From positions 928,001 through 992,000 of the forward strand of contig CBDCXV010000001.1 in assembly GCA_965223905.1 (NCBI GenBank): 64,000 bases of DNA, in the 5' to 3' direction. This document shows positions 1 through 10,619 of this stretch, in pieces (position 1 is the first letter of the stretch; each line of letters begins with the position of its first letter). The position numbers and the translations under genes were made by a program. The stretch is from Candidatus Latescibacterota bacterium. GTDB taxonomy: Bacteria; Latescibacterota; UBA2968; UBA8231. The notes below the pieces were generated by a model that ran no database searches, was not told the DNA's origin, and saw only the letters and a list, made by a program, of their open reading frames with translations.

Positions 1-1109
1 ATGCCCCGGGTGCCGGTGCGCCAGTGGGTGCTCAGCTTTCCGTACGAGATTCGCTACCGACTCGCCTATGACGGCGAGTGGGTCTCGGCCGTACTGGCGG
101 TGTTTCTGCGCGTGGTGGGCGGCTGGTATCGACGCCAGGCGCAGGCCCTGGGCCATGACCGCGCGCGGTGGGGCTCGGTGACCTTTGTCCAGCGGTTCGG
201 TTCCTCCTTAAACCTCAATCCTCATCTGCATGTGCTCATGCTCGACGGGGTCTACGTCGATGGGGAGGACGCTCCGGTTTTCGTTCCGGCCCCGCCGTTG
301 TCCGACCAAGCCGTGCAGCAGATCGTGGAGACGAGTGCGCGCCGCATCATCCGCTTGTGCACGAAACGCGGCCTGCTCGACGACACCGCAGCCGATCCGC
401 TCACCGACGAGGAGCCCGTGCTGGCCGCCCTCACGGCGGCCTCGGTGCGGGGGACCGTCGCCACCGGGGAACGGGCCGGCCAGCGCCTGCGACGCGCCCT
501 CAAAGATCCGGCCACCGGGGTACGGACCGCGCTCTTGTGCGTTGCTTCGCGCGGTTTTTCCCTGCATGCGGCGACGCGGATCGCGGGCCCTGACCGGCGG
601 GGGCTCGAACGTTTATGCCGCTACGTGGCCCGGCCGGCCCTGGCGGGAGGGCGTCTGCGCATTCTCGATGCCGAGCACCTTTCCTTCGCGCTCAAAACGC
701 CTTGGTCGGATGGGACCAGCCATCTGGTACTGTCCCCCCTGGAACTGCTGGAGAGACTGGCAGCTCTGGTCCCCCCGCCCCGGCTCCATCTCCTGCGCTA
801 CCACGGTGTCCTGGCGCCCCGTGCCCGGGACCGCGACCGCATCGTGCCCGCCAAGCCGGTTGCGGAGTCGCCGGCTTTGGACGGCGATCCGAGCCCCCAA
901 CCCTGCGGCCATCGGTTGGGGTGGGCGGCCCTGCTGGCGCGGGTGTTTTCCGCCGAGCTCAGCGCAGGCCCGCCTGTGGCGGGCGCCTGCGGATCCTCGC
1001 CGCCCTCACCGATCCGGTCTCGGTCCGGACCTATCTGGAGGGGGTAGGGCTGCCGGCACGGCCTCCCCCGAGGGCCCCGCCTGAGCCGCAGTTCGAGTTC
1101 GCCGCCTGA
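1..1109 (+). CDS. IS91-family (Y2/HUH) rolling-circle transposase, 5'-truncated by window, frameshifted near 970
   Basis: RQWVLSFP, QRFGSSLNLNPHLH (HUH), RLCRYVARP, RYHGVLAP motifs; C-terminus (ACGGRLRILAALTDP...EFAA) is in another frame ending at 1109. Confidence 0.9.
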
Positions 1110-1325
1110 CCTGCCTTCTCGACCCGTCGCCGGGCGTACGGCTGGGTGTGCCCTCAACGGTCCCTCAGGCCCCGGATTGATCCGGATACGGGCCGACAGG
1201 CAACCCAACGGTACTGCGAGCTCGGTCGAAGGACGGGCAAACGATCCTCCGGGAGCTGCCGGACCCTGGCGGTGCCCTCAGCGCCTGGACCGAGAGTCCA
1301 AAAAGGTGCCTCATTTTACCTATAC
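1110..1325 (+). mobile_element. IS91-type oriIS terminal region
   Basis: Non-coding tail after transposase ending ...CATTTTACCTATAC, resembling IS1294/ISCR ori ends; repeated at 5440-5691 and 10115-10400. Confidence 0.75.
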
Positions 1326-1466
1326 TTCATGGAGGCGGGAGACGTGCTGCTGTTCATGGGGGCGGCACAGACGCACGGCGCCTATCCGTGGATGAACGAG
1401 AAGCCGCGTCGCGGGGTCATTCTGACGTACATATCGAAGAATTTGGAATTGATGTTCCAACGGTGA
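1326..1466 (+). pseudogene. C-terminal fragment of PhyH-family dioxygenase cut by IS91 insertion
   Basis: MEAGDVLLF...THGAYPW...RRGVILTY matches PhyH C-terminus; starts right at ori end. Confidence 0.65.
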
Positions 1467-1529
1467 AAGCCAAAGGCGCCCATCTGTGTGCATCGGTGCC
1501 AGCCGTTCATGCCCGGTGTGTAGGCGCAC

Positions 1530-3173
1530 ATGAACACGAAAGGGAGGAGCTCCGTGAATCCGTCTCAAGACAGGCCAGGCGCAGTGGCGGTTGGGGAGGC
1601 CGAGGTGCCGATCGCTCCACGCGGCACTCAGCGTATCCACTTTGTGAGCGATCCGTCCAGCATCGCCGTGGGTTTGCTGCCCGACCCGGTGGAGGCCGAC
1701 GATCTTCGGCGGTGGGTGGACATGCTCGCCGACAGCGGCGTGGACATCTTGCAGCAGGATGCCTACCACAAGGGGTGCACGATCTATTGGCGGTCAGACC
1801 AGTTTCAGTACGACCCGCGCCGGCAGCACAAGCGGTTCCTGCCCATGCTGGACGCGGGCATCCAACCCCTGCAGGTGCTTCTCGACCAGAGTCACAAGCG
1901 CGGCATGGCATTCGTGGCCGGGTTTCGCATGAACGACAACCACGGACGTGCCCATTTCCCCGACCGTGCCGAGTTCGTCGAGTCACACCCGGAGTGGTGG
2001 CTGCCGGATACTCGCGAGCCCGGGCCCAACCGGGATCTGTACGAGGGACGGATTCTCGACTTCACCTTCGACGGGGTACGCGAGTTCGTCTTCGAGGTGG
2101 CGCGGGAGCTCGTGAGCCGCTTCGATGTGGACGGTCTGGAGATGACCTTCCGGGAACCGGCGTACTTCCCGTTTCCTGAGGGGAGGCAGCGCGCGCACCT
2201 GATGACCGATCTGGTGCGGCGCCTCCGCGGCCTGCTGGACGAGAGCAGCCACGGCCGGCGGATGACGTTGGGCGCCCGGGTGTTCTCCACGATGGAGGAG
2301 TGCCTGGATATGGGACTCGATGTGCCAACCTGGATTGACCAGGGTCTCATAGACTTTCTCAGCCCGGAGAACACGATGTACTCCGACTTCAATGCCGGCT
2401 ACGCAGAATTTGGCGCCCTCACGCGAAACAGCCAATGCATGCTGTATCCGGGACTGCACCCGTGGATCAGTGACCGCAGACGGCGGATAATGAAGAGCAC
2501 GATGACTCCGTCCAACTGTAGGGCGCTGGCCCACACGTTCTATGGAGCTGGCGCCGACGGGATCTCCATCTACAACCACTACGTCGGCTACTTGCGGTTT
2601 CCACCGTTCTACCCGCAGGCGTTACAGATATTCCACGAACTGCGCGAGCCGCAGAAGGTGGCCCGCGGCGAGCGGCACTACGTCTTCGACCCCACTGAAG
2701 AACACTGGGGAGAAATACTGGCCGAGGGGGATCTGGCCGAAGGCGAATGGAAACGCGTGGCGTGGGAGCGGGACGCGAGTGCCGGCCCGGATGGTTGGAC
2801 GACCGGGGCGGTCAAGGCGCTGAGGGTCGTCCTCGACCGCGGCGTCCCGAAGCCATCGGGAGTATATCCGTTCCGATTGTACGAGCGCATGGATCGCGTA
2901 ATCCAGGCCACGCTCCTGTTGCGAGGTAGCCTTACCGAACGGGACGAAGTGGAAGTGCGGCTCAACGGCGTGCCCTTGGCGCCCGCGCTGCTGGGCACGT
3001 CCGATGCCAGTTATCTCATCAACCGGCCACCCGACATCCGTTGGTACCCGGTGCCCGCCGGCGCGATGACTTACGGCGAGAACCAGCTGAGCATCACGCT
3101 GACCAGCGGGGATCCTCAGGCCTCCGGGGAGATCGTGATCGACGAGGTGGAAGTCTGGGTGCAGCCGAAATAG
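1530..3173 (+). CDS. Glycoside hydrolase-like (GHL10-type TIM barrel) protein
   Basis: GFRMNDNH, HPEW, LDF...VRE, FDVDGLEMTFR, GADGISIYN. Confidence 0.7.
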   Translation: MNTKGRSSVNPSQDRPGAVAVGEAEVPIAPRGTQRIHFVSDPSSIAVGLLPDPVEADDLRRWVDMLADSGVDILQQDAYHKGCTIYWRSDQFQYDPRRQHKRFLPMLDAGIQPLQVLLDQSHKRGMAFVAGFRMNDNHGRAHFPDRAEFVESHPEWWLPDTREPGPNRDLYEGRILDFTFDGVREFVFEVARELVSRFDVDGLEMTFREPAYFPFPEGRQRAHLMTDLVRRLRGLLDESSHGRRMTLGARVFSTMEECLDMGLDVPTWIDQGLIDFLSPENTMYSDFNAGYAEFGALTRNSQCMLYPGLHPWISDRRRRIMKSTMTPSNCRALAHTFYGAGADGISIYNHYVGYLRFPPFYPQALQIFHELREPQKVARGERHYVFDPTEEHWGEILAEGDLAEGEWKRVAWERDASAGPDGWTTGAVKALRVVLDRGVPKPSGVYPFRLYERMDRVIQATLLLRGSLTERDEVEVRLNGVPLAPALLGTSDASYLINRPPDIRWYPVPAGAMTYGENQLSITLTSGDPQASGEIVIDEVEVWVQPK

Positions 3174-3270
3174 CCCCGGGCGCCAGGAGGGTTCTTTCAC
3201 GAATTGACCGAAGGTGTCCCGCTTCAGAAATGTGATTTTTCGCACCGCTAAATCGTAGAAACTGACTTAA

Positions 3271-4920
3271 CCTGAATTATTCATAAAATAGGCGATGTCC
3301 CCAGTATAAATGGTTGTTTATCCCTAAGTTAGGGGTAGACCAAAACAAAACCATTTGGAGAGGACACCGCGATGAAAAATTGGCATCACACTCTGTCGTT
3401 TGCAAGGGTCTCGGGCAAGAAAGTCGAAGCCGATTTCGATGGCGGCTGCACCACTCACGATGGGGGCCTGCTGCTGCTGAGAAAGGCCGAAGCCCACACC
3501 GGCGTCCTTAAGCGTATGGTGGCGGCGTTGCCGGATCGGCGCCATCCCAGTTACATCGACCATAGCAGCGAGGACCTCCTTCGCCAGCGCGTCTTTCAAA
3601 TCGCCTGCGGCTACGAAGACGCCAATGACAGCGACGATCTGCGCTGCGATCCGGGGCTGAAAGCCGCCTGCGAACGGGCGCCGTTGACGGGCCCGGATCT
3701 GGCCAGTCAGCCGACCCTGTCTCGTTTGGAGAACCGGGTCAGCCGCAGCGATCTCTACCGCCTTGCGCGCTCGTTGCTGGACACGTTTATCGCATCCTAC
3801 GAGAAGCCGCCGAAGAAGATCATCGTCGACATCGATGACACCGAGGATATCACCCATGGGGCGCAGCAACTGACGTTGTTCAACGCCTACCATAAAGAAT
3901 ATTGCTACATGCCCGTGCACCTCTACGAAGGGCATTCGGGGCGCTTGATTACGGCGATTCTGCGCCGGGGTCGTCGCATCAAGGGCGGCGAAGCGGCGGC
4001 GATTCTGCGGCGCGTTTTGGCGGCGATTGTCACGGCCTGGCCCAAGGTGCAGATCACGTTGCGGGGGGACTCGCACTTCAGCACCCCGGAGGTCCACGAG
4101 GTGTGCGAAGAGTATGGCCTGTCGTTTATCCTGGGCCAGGCTCCCAACTGCAAGCTGCACGAACTCGGGGCGCCGCTGATGGAGCAGGCGCGGGCTCAAG
4201 CCGAGGAGGGCACCGAAGAGGAGCCGGTGCGGCTCTTTACCCGTTTCGACTACCAGGCCAAGAGCTGGAAGCGCCCGCAGCGCATCCTCTACAAAGCCGA
4301 GGTTACCCAGGGCAAAGCCAATCCTCGCTTTGTGACCACCAACATCCCGGACCGAACCCCCAAGTTTTTGTATGAGAAGGTCTATTGTGCCCGCGGACGG
4401 GCGGAAGGATTCATCAAGAATCACAAGACCTTCCTGCATTCGGACCGCACCTCCTGCCATCGCTTCGCGGCCAATCAATTCCGTCTGTTTCTGCACAGCG
4501 CCGCCTACGTGCTCCTGCACGCCCTGCAGCAGATCGGCCTGCACGGCACGCGATGGGCGACGGCCACCTTCGACACGATCCGGCTTCGCGTGCTCAAAAT
4601 CGGGGCGAGGGTGCGCGAGCGGGCGAGGAGCATTCGTTTTCACTTTGCTACCTCGTATCCCCTTCAGGACGTGTGGAGGACGATCCTCTTCAACTTTGAC
4701 TCCAGCTAGCGTCCCACGGAGGAGGCTAAAAATCGATCACCCGCAAAACCAAGGGAGCACTGTGTTCAAATCCGACGAACTACCGCCTGAAACCGGGACC
4801 TGCGATCAGATACCGATGCAAAACCTGAACTCGACAGACACACGAGCACGGAAAAAGGCACCGGGCACTAAAAATATCGCGTGCGTCCTGCTCATCTCAG
4901 CGATTTGTGAATAATCCAGG
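3271..4920 (+). mobile_element. IS1380-family insertion sequence
   Basis: IR CCTGAATTATTCA / TGAATAATCCAGG; TTAA target duplication at 3267-3270 and 4921-4924. Confidence 0.92.
3372..4709 (+). CDS. IS1380-family DDE transposase
   Basis: FDGG..T.DGGLLL, GYEDAND, ASQPTLSRLEN, DIDDT, RGDSHF, YCARGRAE. Confidence 0.95.
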   Translation: MKNWHHTLSFARVSGKKVEADFDGGCTTHDGGLLLLRKAEAHTGVLKRMVAALPDRRHPSYIDHSSEDLLRQRVFQIACGYEDANDSDDLRCDPGLKAACERAPLTGPDLASQPTLSRLENRVSRSDLYRLARSLLDTFIASYEKPPKKIIVDIDDTEDITHGAQQLTLFNAYHKEYCYMPVHLYEGHSGRLITAILRRGRRIKGGEAAAILRRVLAAIVTAWPKVQITLRGDSHFSTPEVHEVCEEYGLSFILGQAPNCKLHELGAPLMEQARAQAEEGTEEEPVRLFTRFDYQAKSWKRPQRILYKAEVTQGKANPRFVTTNIPDRTPKFLYEKVYCARGRAEGFIKNHKTFLHSDRTSCHRFAANQFRLFLHSAAYVLLHALQQIGLHGTRWATATFDTIRLRVLKIGARVRERARSIRFHFATSYPLQDVWRTILFNFDSS

Positions 4921-5014
4921 TTAAGTTAACGCCTATTAGGGTTGATTAAGACTCCGGTCACGGGAGGGTACTCCGGAGATCCACCACCCTAAACCCCTTT
5001 ACAAGGAGCCAATA

Positions 5015-5439
5015 ATGAAGAAGATCATTCTCGCAGCAGGGGCATTGATGCTGATGGCCGGGCAGCTGCTGGCCGATATGCATGAAGGCCCGCCCCCCGA
5101 GGACATGCCGCAGATAACGCTCATGCCGCCACCGCCCGGGGAAGGGGAACCTCCACCCGAACCACCTGAGGATGTGGGCGAACCCCCCATGGACCCTGAG
5201 GCAGCCAAAGACTGGCTCCTCGGGATAACCTTCCCGATGATGGATAGCGATGGCAGCGGCGGATTGAGCTATGAGGAAGTGCGCGCCTGGGTGGCCTGGA
5301 TGCACATCCCGCCCATGGAGCCTCCCCCCGAAGGCGAGCCACCTCCCGAAGGTGAACCGCCACCCGAAGGTGAGCCACCCCCCGAGGGCGAACCGCCAGA
5401 AGGTGAGCCGGGTGCGCCTTGCGGCGACTTCATCGGCAA
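5015..5439 (+). pseudogene. Secreted Pro/Glu-rich EF-hand protein, truncated by IS91 end fragment
   Basis: Signal peptide, EF-hand loop DSDGSGGLSYEE, PPPEGE repeats; runs into IS91 sequence at 5440. Confidence 0.6.
5320..5410 (+). repeat. 18-bp coding tandem repeat (PPPEGE, about 5 units)
   Basis: Repeating CCNCCNCCNGARGGNGAR. Confidence 0.85.
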
Positions 5440-5691
5440 TCCGGACCTATCTGGAGGGGGTAGGGCTGCCGGCACGGCCTCCCCCGAGGGCCCCGCCTGA
5501 GCCGCAGTTCGAGTTCGCCGCCTGACCTGCCTTCTCGACCCGTCGCCGGGCGTACGGCTGGGTGTGCCCTCAACGGTCCCCTCAGGCCCCGGATTGATCC
5601 GGATACGGGCCGACAGGCAACCCAACGGTACTGCGAGCTCGGTCGAAAGACTGGCAAACGATCCTCAGGGGAGTTGCCGGACCCTGGCGGT
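5440..5691 (+). mobile_element. IS91 3'-end fragment lacking final ori bases
   Basis: Near-identical to about 1024-1273. Confidence 0.9.
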
Positions 5692-6270
5692 ATGTTGCAA
5701 TCAAAACGAGGGCTTGAGCGCAAAAGTCATACTGGTGAATTTTATTTACACTGAGTTTATTTGATCTGTGACAGCGCTCTCTGTGTTGCCGGCAACATCC
5801 TCGGCCCAGAAGCAGTAGTACTGATCATCGTCCGCAGCGTCAAGCTGAATGGTGCCGGTGTATGAAGTAGCGTTTGCCGGGGCGGTGGCGGCGCAGTTAT
5901 TATTGCTTTGTCTTTGGTATGAGAGGGTGGATGTGTTGAAGAGGTAGACGGCGCCAGTATCACTTTCGTCGCCATCATCGCCAACCGCCCCAATCACCAA
6001 GGTGTTGCCGTCAAGAGTTGCCGCAGAACCAAAGCTATCGCCGGAATCTAGATTAACGTCAAGTTTACCCGCCCCGCCGCCATTGTCTGAAATTTTTATC
6101 GTCTCTTACCATGACGAGCCGCTTATTTTGGCAAACAGGTAAACGGCGCCTTTGTTGGTTCCACCGTCATCATCGCCATATGCACCAACCATCAACGTAT
6201 CAGCTGAAGTTGTTCCGGTAAGAGCCACGGCGGAGCTAAAGTTGTCGTAGTCATCCAGGTCAACGGCTAG

Positions 6271-7897
6271 GTAACCGTTCAGTCCCCCCTGCAGTAGTTT
6301 GCGCATGTAAAGAAAATACTCAGCGAGTTTTCGGGTTCGTCGGTATCTTCGGGATCGGTTTTGTGTTGGCAATTTCTCCGATACGGGCGACCTCCATGAA
6401 AAGACCTCCTCAGACTGCGGTTTCCGAAAGCGAGTTGCGCACGCGCATTGTCCAGCTCGAGCAGGTCGTGGAACAACAGGCGGCGCGGATCGCGGAATTG
6501 GAGCAGGAACTGGCCCGCCGCAAGGGGCGATCCGGCGGCGGTGCAAAGGCCGCTTCGTCGGGATCGGGCGCTTCCTCCTCGCCGCGCTCCGAGTCCTCCG
6601 GTCGGCGCCGCTCCTCGGGGCGCTCGCCGGGCGCGCAGCCGGGCCACGAAGGGCACGGTCGCTCGTGGGTATCGGTCGAGGAAGTGGACCGTTTGATCCC
6701 GGTCAAGCCCAGCCAGTGCCGCCAATGCGGTCACACGCTGACGGGACACGATCCCCATCCGCAGCGCCATCAGGAGGTCGTCATTCCTCCGGTGCGCGCC
6801 CAGGTCATCGAGTATCAGTTGCACACCTTGCGCTGCCGTCACTGCGAGCGCCTGACCGAAGCCGACTGGCCTGAGGGCGTATCGCGGCACACCTACGGTC
6901 CCAGCGTGCAGGCCTGGGTCGGCCTGCTGGCCGGGGCCTACCGGATGAGCAAGCGCAACATCGTGAAGCTGTTGTCCGACGCCTTCGGCGTCGAGATGTC
7001 GGTGGGCACCGTCAGCCGCCTGGAACAGGAAGTGGCGGAGGCCCTGGCCCACCCGGTGGAGGAAGCGCGGGCGTTCGTTCGCCGACAGGGAATAGTCAAC
7101 GTCGACGAGACCGGCTGGCGGGAACGCCGCGCCAAGGCCTGGTTGTGGACGGCGGTGACGGAGGGCGTCACCGTGTTCGAAATTCGAAAAAGCCGGGGAC
7201 GGGACGGGGTCGATGAGGTGCTGGGTGCCGATACTAAGGCGATCGTCGGCTCCGATCGTTATTCGGCCTACGGACATTTGCCGCGGCGACGCCGGCAAGT
7301 GTGCTGGGCTCATCTGCGGCGCGCCTTCGAGGAGTTCGGGGCCCGGGACGAAGAGGCCGCCTGGGTCGGTCAACGGCTGTTGGACGCCAGCGAGCAATTG
7401 TTTACCTGGTGGCATCGAGTCCGCGACGGCACCCTGCAACGGTCCAGCTTCCAAGTCTACGTCAGCGGCTTGCGTGGGCGGTTTCGTAACTACTTGGGGT
7501 ATGGTCAGCAGTTTGCCGACGCCAAGACGGCGGCCACCTGCGCCAACCTCCGAGACCTCGGGCCGGCCCTGTGGACCTTCGTGCGCAGAGAAGGCGTCGA
7601 GCCGACCAACAACGAAGCCGAACGAGCCCTTCGTCATGGCGTGCTGTGGCGCCACACCAGCTTCGGCACCCACAGCGCCGAGGGCAGCCGCTTCGTAGAG
7701 CGTCTGCTCACGGTGCGCGATACCCTGCGACAGCAACAGCGCAACGTCTTCGACTATCTGAGGATGGCCTGCCACGCCGCCGTGCGCCAGCAGCCGGCGC
7801 CCTCGCTGCTGCCTCCAACCCACTCCGCCATTCGCTGATACCAACCTGCGACCATTCCTCTCCTGGGGCCTCATTAGCCAGGGGACTGAACGGTTAC
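6271..7897 (+). mobile_element. IS66-family element (single-ORF type)
   Basis: Perfect 17-bp IR GTAACCGTTCAGTCCCC; 8-bp target duplication ACGGCTAG at 6263-6270 and 7898-7905. Confidence 0.95.
6396..7838 (+). CDS. IS66-family transposase
   Basis: PGAQPGHEG, CxxC zinc fingers, VDETGW, SDRYSAY, QVCWAHLRR, EPTNNEAERALR. Confidence 0.95.
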   Translation: MKRPPQTAVSESELRTRIVQLEQVVEQQAARIAELEQELARRKGRSGGGAKAASSGSGASSSPRSESSGRRRSSGRSPGAQPGHEGHGRSWVSVEEVDRLIPVKPSQCRQCGHTLTGHDPHPQRHQEVVIPPVRAQVIEYQLHTLRCRHCERLTEADWPEGVSRHTYGPSVQAWVGLLAGAYRMSKRNIVKLLSDAFGVEMSVGTVSRLEQEVAEALAHPVEEARAFVRRQGIVNVDETGWRERRAKAWLWTAVTEGVTVFEIRKSRGRDGVDEVLGADTKAIVGSDRYSAYGHLPRRRRQVCWAHLRRAFEEFGARDEEAAWVGQRLLDASEQLFTWWHRVRDGTLQRSSFQVYVSGLRGRFRNYLGYGQQFADAKTAATCANLRDLGPALWTFVRREGVEPTNNEAERALRHGVLWRHTSFGTHSAEGSRFVERLLTVRDTLRQQQRNVFDYLRMACHAAVRQQPAPSLLPPTHSAIR

Positions 7898-7940
7898 ACG
7901 GCTAGTTTGCCCGCGCTGCCGTCGTTGTCCGAAATCTTCA

Positions 7941-8129
7941 GTGTCTCTTGCCAGGAGCTTTGCCTTTAATTTGGAACGCGTTCCCGTTCGCGTACGGCTG
8001 CAGCCCCGCTGGCAGAGCGGCAGCGTCCAGGATCTCATCAATGAATCTGAGCTGGCGCTGCAGGACGGCAGTTTCGAGGTAGAGATCGGGGCCTGGGGTG
8101 TGGCTGTCGTGCATTGCGACGAACGGTAG
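7941..8129 (+). pseudogene. C-terminal fragment of an unknown protein
   Basis: Short beta-rich ORF starting at the FG-GAP junction with no real start. Confidence 0.3.
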
Positions 8130-8209
8130 GAAAACATCCTATACGAGAGCATGGGCCTCCTCCATAAGGCCTTGTCCGATTCGTTTGCGGTTTCACCACC
8201 AATCAGGAG

Positions 8210-10081
8210 ATGGACGATATGAAGATCGTGCCGGTGCTTATCGGGTTCATGGTCGCGGGTACTTGCTGGGCTGGCGTCGTTCCCGGTAAAGGGGAGAATC
8301 CTGAAGCCGTTGCGGAGGTGGCCGCTGGCGAACTGGCGGTAGCCAACGCTTCCTGGTGGGGGTTCGACAGCGAGGATGCCACCGAGGCGCTGCAGGCGGC
8401 GATCAACTCGAAGGCGAAGACGGTCATCGTTCCCTACATGGGATCGCCGTGGGTTGTGCGGCCGATTTTCCTGCGCAGCAATCTGGAACTGGTCTTCGAG
8501 CCCGGCGTCCTGGTGCTGGCCAAGAAGGGGGAATTCAAGGAGCGATGGGATTGTCTCCTGACCGCAATCGGTTTGTCGGATATCACCATTCGCGGCTACG
8601 GCGCAACTCTACGGATGCGGAAGAGGGATTATCGCAACCCGCCCTATCCACCGAAGGAGGAGTGGAAGCACGGACTGAAAATTGAGGGCAGCAGGAGGAT
8701 ACACGTCGAAGGTCTTCGAATTGAAAGCAGCGGCGGCGACGGGATCTACATCGGATCCGGCGCGGGCCGAAGCAGCGAAGACATCGTGATCCGCGACTGC
8801 GTCTCGCACGACAACCACCGGCAGGGGATCAGCGTGACCGACGCCAAGAACCTGTTGGTGGAGAATTGTGTCTTCTCGGGAACGGAGGGCACCGGGCCAT
8901 CAGCCGGCATCGACTACGAGCCGGACAAACCGACACAGCTGCTGGTCAACTGTGTATTCCGCAACTGTCTTTTCGAGGACAACGCCGGACACGGGATGTT
9001 CGTTCGTGCCCATGATACGATCACCGCCGAGAGTCCCCCGATTTCGATTCGTTTCGAGAATTGTATCAGCCGGATGACCAAACCGGGCACGGGTGGCGAT
9101 TCCGGGATGTGCGTGCGGGTGCCGGGTGATCAAGGCCCACCAGGTACGATCGAGTTCATCAACTGCCTGTCGGAGAACAGCGGGCAGGCAGGGGCCAACG
9201 TCTATGGTCATTCGGTCGGCCACTTGAACATCCGCTTCGTCGGCTGCAACTGGATCGACTCGCAGGGCACGGCGGTGGTGCTCAATATGCAAGAGCCGTC
9301 GGCGACGGGTACGGGCAGCATCGAGTTCGTGAACTGCTCGGTGTACGAGGAGAAAACGGGTCCGACCGTTCAGGTCATGACACTGCGGGGCAACGATTAC
9401 GGTGACGATGTCGTTGGCGCGATCACGGTGCACAACAGACACGGCGCTCGCATCGCTTCGGAGCCGCGTGGCGTCAATGTTAACCTTTCTGTCGTCGACA
9501 GCAGGAGTGCAGAGGCAGTCGGCATGTCGGGGCCGGCAGAAGTGGCGGGACGAACCATGCCGGCCCTCGACCGGCGTGCGGTCGATCAACCAGGCTACGA
9601 CGACGAGGCTACCTTCGGCGAGCTGTGGCAGACGCATGACTTCATCGTCGATTTGCCGAAAGTCTGGCGGTTCAGGCTTGACTTCAAAGATGAAGGGCAG
9701 CAGCAGGACTGGGGCGGCGTTGTCGTTGACAAGACGCAATACCAACCGATCAAGATCGGCGAATGGTGGGAACCGCAGGGCCATCAGTACGACGGCGTCG
9801 CCTGGTATCGCGTCGATTTCGACGTACCGGCAGCAGCGCAGGGCTACAAACTGGCGCTCTCATTTGGCGCGGTTGATGAATCGGCCTGGGTCTACCTCAA
9901 CGGCGTGCTGATCGGCGAGCATGATCTCAATGATTGGGGATGGGACAAGCGTTTCGAGATCGCCCTCGGTGATGCAGTGCGCATCGGTGAGAAGAACACC
10001 CTGGCTGTTCGCGTCCGCGACCGCGCGTGGTATGGCGGCATCTGGAAGTCGGTAAAGTTGGTAGGAGAGAAGAGGGACTGA
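8210..10081 (+). CDS. Secreted right-handed beta-helix protein with C-terminal GH2-type sugar-binding domain
   Basis: Signal peptide; DATEALQAAINS, SGGDGIYI, NHRQGISV; YDGVAWYR, FGAVDESAWVYLNG, GGIWKSV. Confidence 0.8.
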   Translation: MDDMKIVPVLIGFMVAGTCWAGVVPGKGENPEAVAEVAAGELAVANASWWGFDSEDATEALQAAINSKAKTVIVPYMGSPWVVRPIFLRSNLELVFEPGVLVLAKKGEFKERWDCLLTAIGLSDITIRGYGATLRMRKRDYRNPPYPPKEEWKHGLKIEGSRRIHVEGLRIESSGGDGIYIGSGAGRSSEDIVIRDCVSHDNHRQGISVTDAKNLLVENCVFSGTEGTGPSAGIDYEPDKPTQLLVNCVFRNCLFEDNAGHGMFVRAHDTITAESPPISIRFENCISRMTKPGTGGDSGMCVRVPGDQGPPGTIEFINCLSENSGQAGANVYGHSVGHLNIRFVGCNWIDSQGTAVVLNMQEPSATGTGSIEFVNCSVYEEKTGPTVQVMTLRGNDYGDDVVGAITVHNRHGARIASEPRGVNVNLSVVDSRSAEAVGMSGPAEVAGRTMPALDRRAVDQPGYDDEATFGELWQTHDFIVDLPKVWRFRLDFKDEGQQQDWGGVVVDKTQYQPIKIGEWWEPQGHQYDGVAWYRVDFDVPAAAQGYKLALSFGAVDESAWVYLNGVLIGEHDLNDWGWDKRFEIALGDAVRIGEKNTLAVRVRDRAWYGGIWKSVKLVGEKRD

Positions 10082-10114
10082 AGGCCGCTCAGATCCACTC
10101 GAGGTCCTCGACGT

Positions 10115-10400
10115 GGGTAGGGCTGCCGGCACGGCCTCCCCCGAGGGCCCCGCCTGAGCCGCAGTTCGAGTTCGCCGCCTGACCTGTTTTCTCGACCCAT
10201 CGCCGGGCGTACGGCTGGGTGTGCCCTCAACGGTCCCCTCAGGCCCCGGATTGATCCGGATACGGGCCGACAGGCACCCCAACGGTACTGCGAGCTCGGT
10301 CGAAAGACTGGCAAACGATCCTCAGGGGAGTTGCCGGACCCTGGCGGTGCCCTCAGCGCCTGGACCGAGAGTCCAAAAAGGTGCCTCATTTTACCTATAC
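10115..10400 (+). mobile_element. IS91 3'-end fragment with complete ori end
   Basis: Near-identical to about 1042-1325; followed by TTCA as at 1326. Confidence 0.9.
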
Positions 10401-10404
10401 TTCA

Positions 10405-10615
10405 CAGCTGCGCCTGGAGTTTCCGAAAACGGTCGCGCGAGAGGTACAGCCGCTCGCGGTGGAACATCCCCGGCTCGGCGTACTTTTCGGCCAGCCGGGC
10501 CTGGAAGGCCTCGTCGCTTTCGGGGCGCTTCCGTCGGGCGCGGGTGGTCCCCGTCTTCGAGCCGGCGATCAGCCGCGCCCGGCGGGCTTCGAACTCGGCC
10601 TCCGTCTCGCCCCGA
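10405..10615 (-). pseudogene. Internal fragment resembling phage PD-(D/E)XK exonuclease
   Basis: GETEAEFEARRARLIAGSKTGTT...PESDEAFQARLAEKYAEPGMFHRE recalled from phage-type nucleases; unverified. Confidence 0.45.
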
Positions 10616-10619
10616 AGAA

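Larger units (their letters stand above)
5746..7945 (-). pseudogene. FG-GAP (integrin-alpha-like) repeat protein fragment, interrupted by IS66 and an in-frame stop
   Basis: KISDNDGSAGKLAV|DLDDYDNFSSAVAL...VGAYGDDDGGTNKGAVYLF and a second repeat; TAA at 6106-6108. Confidence 0.75.

Noticed and set aside
1024-10404. Repeated 250-290 bp block as a CRISPR array or ncRNA
   Set aside because: It is the IS91 transposase tail and ori end; no short repeat-spacer periodicity and no cas genes
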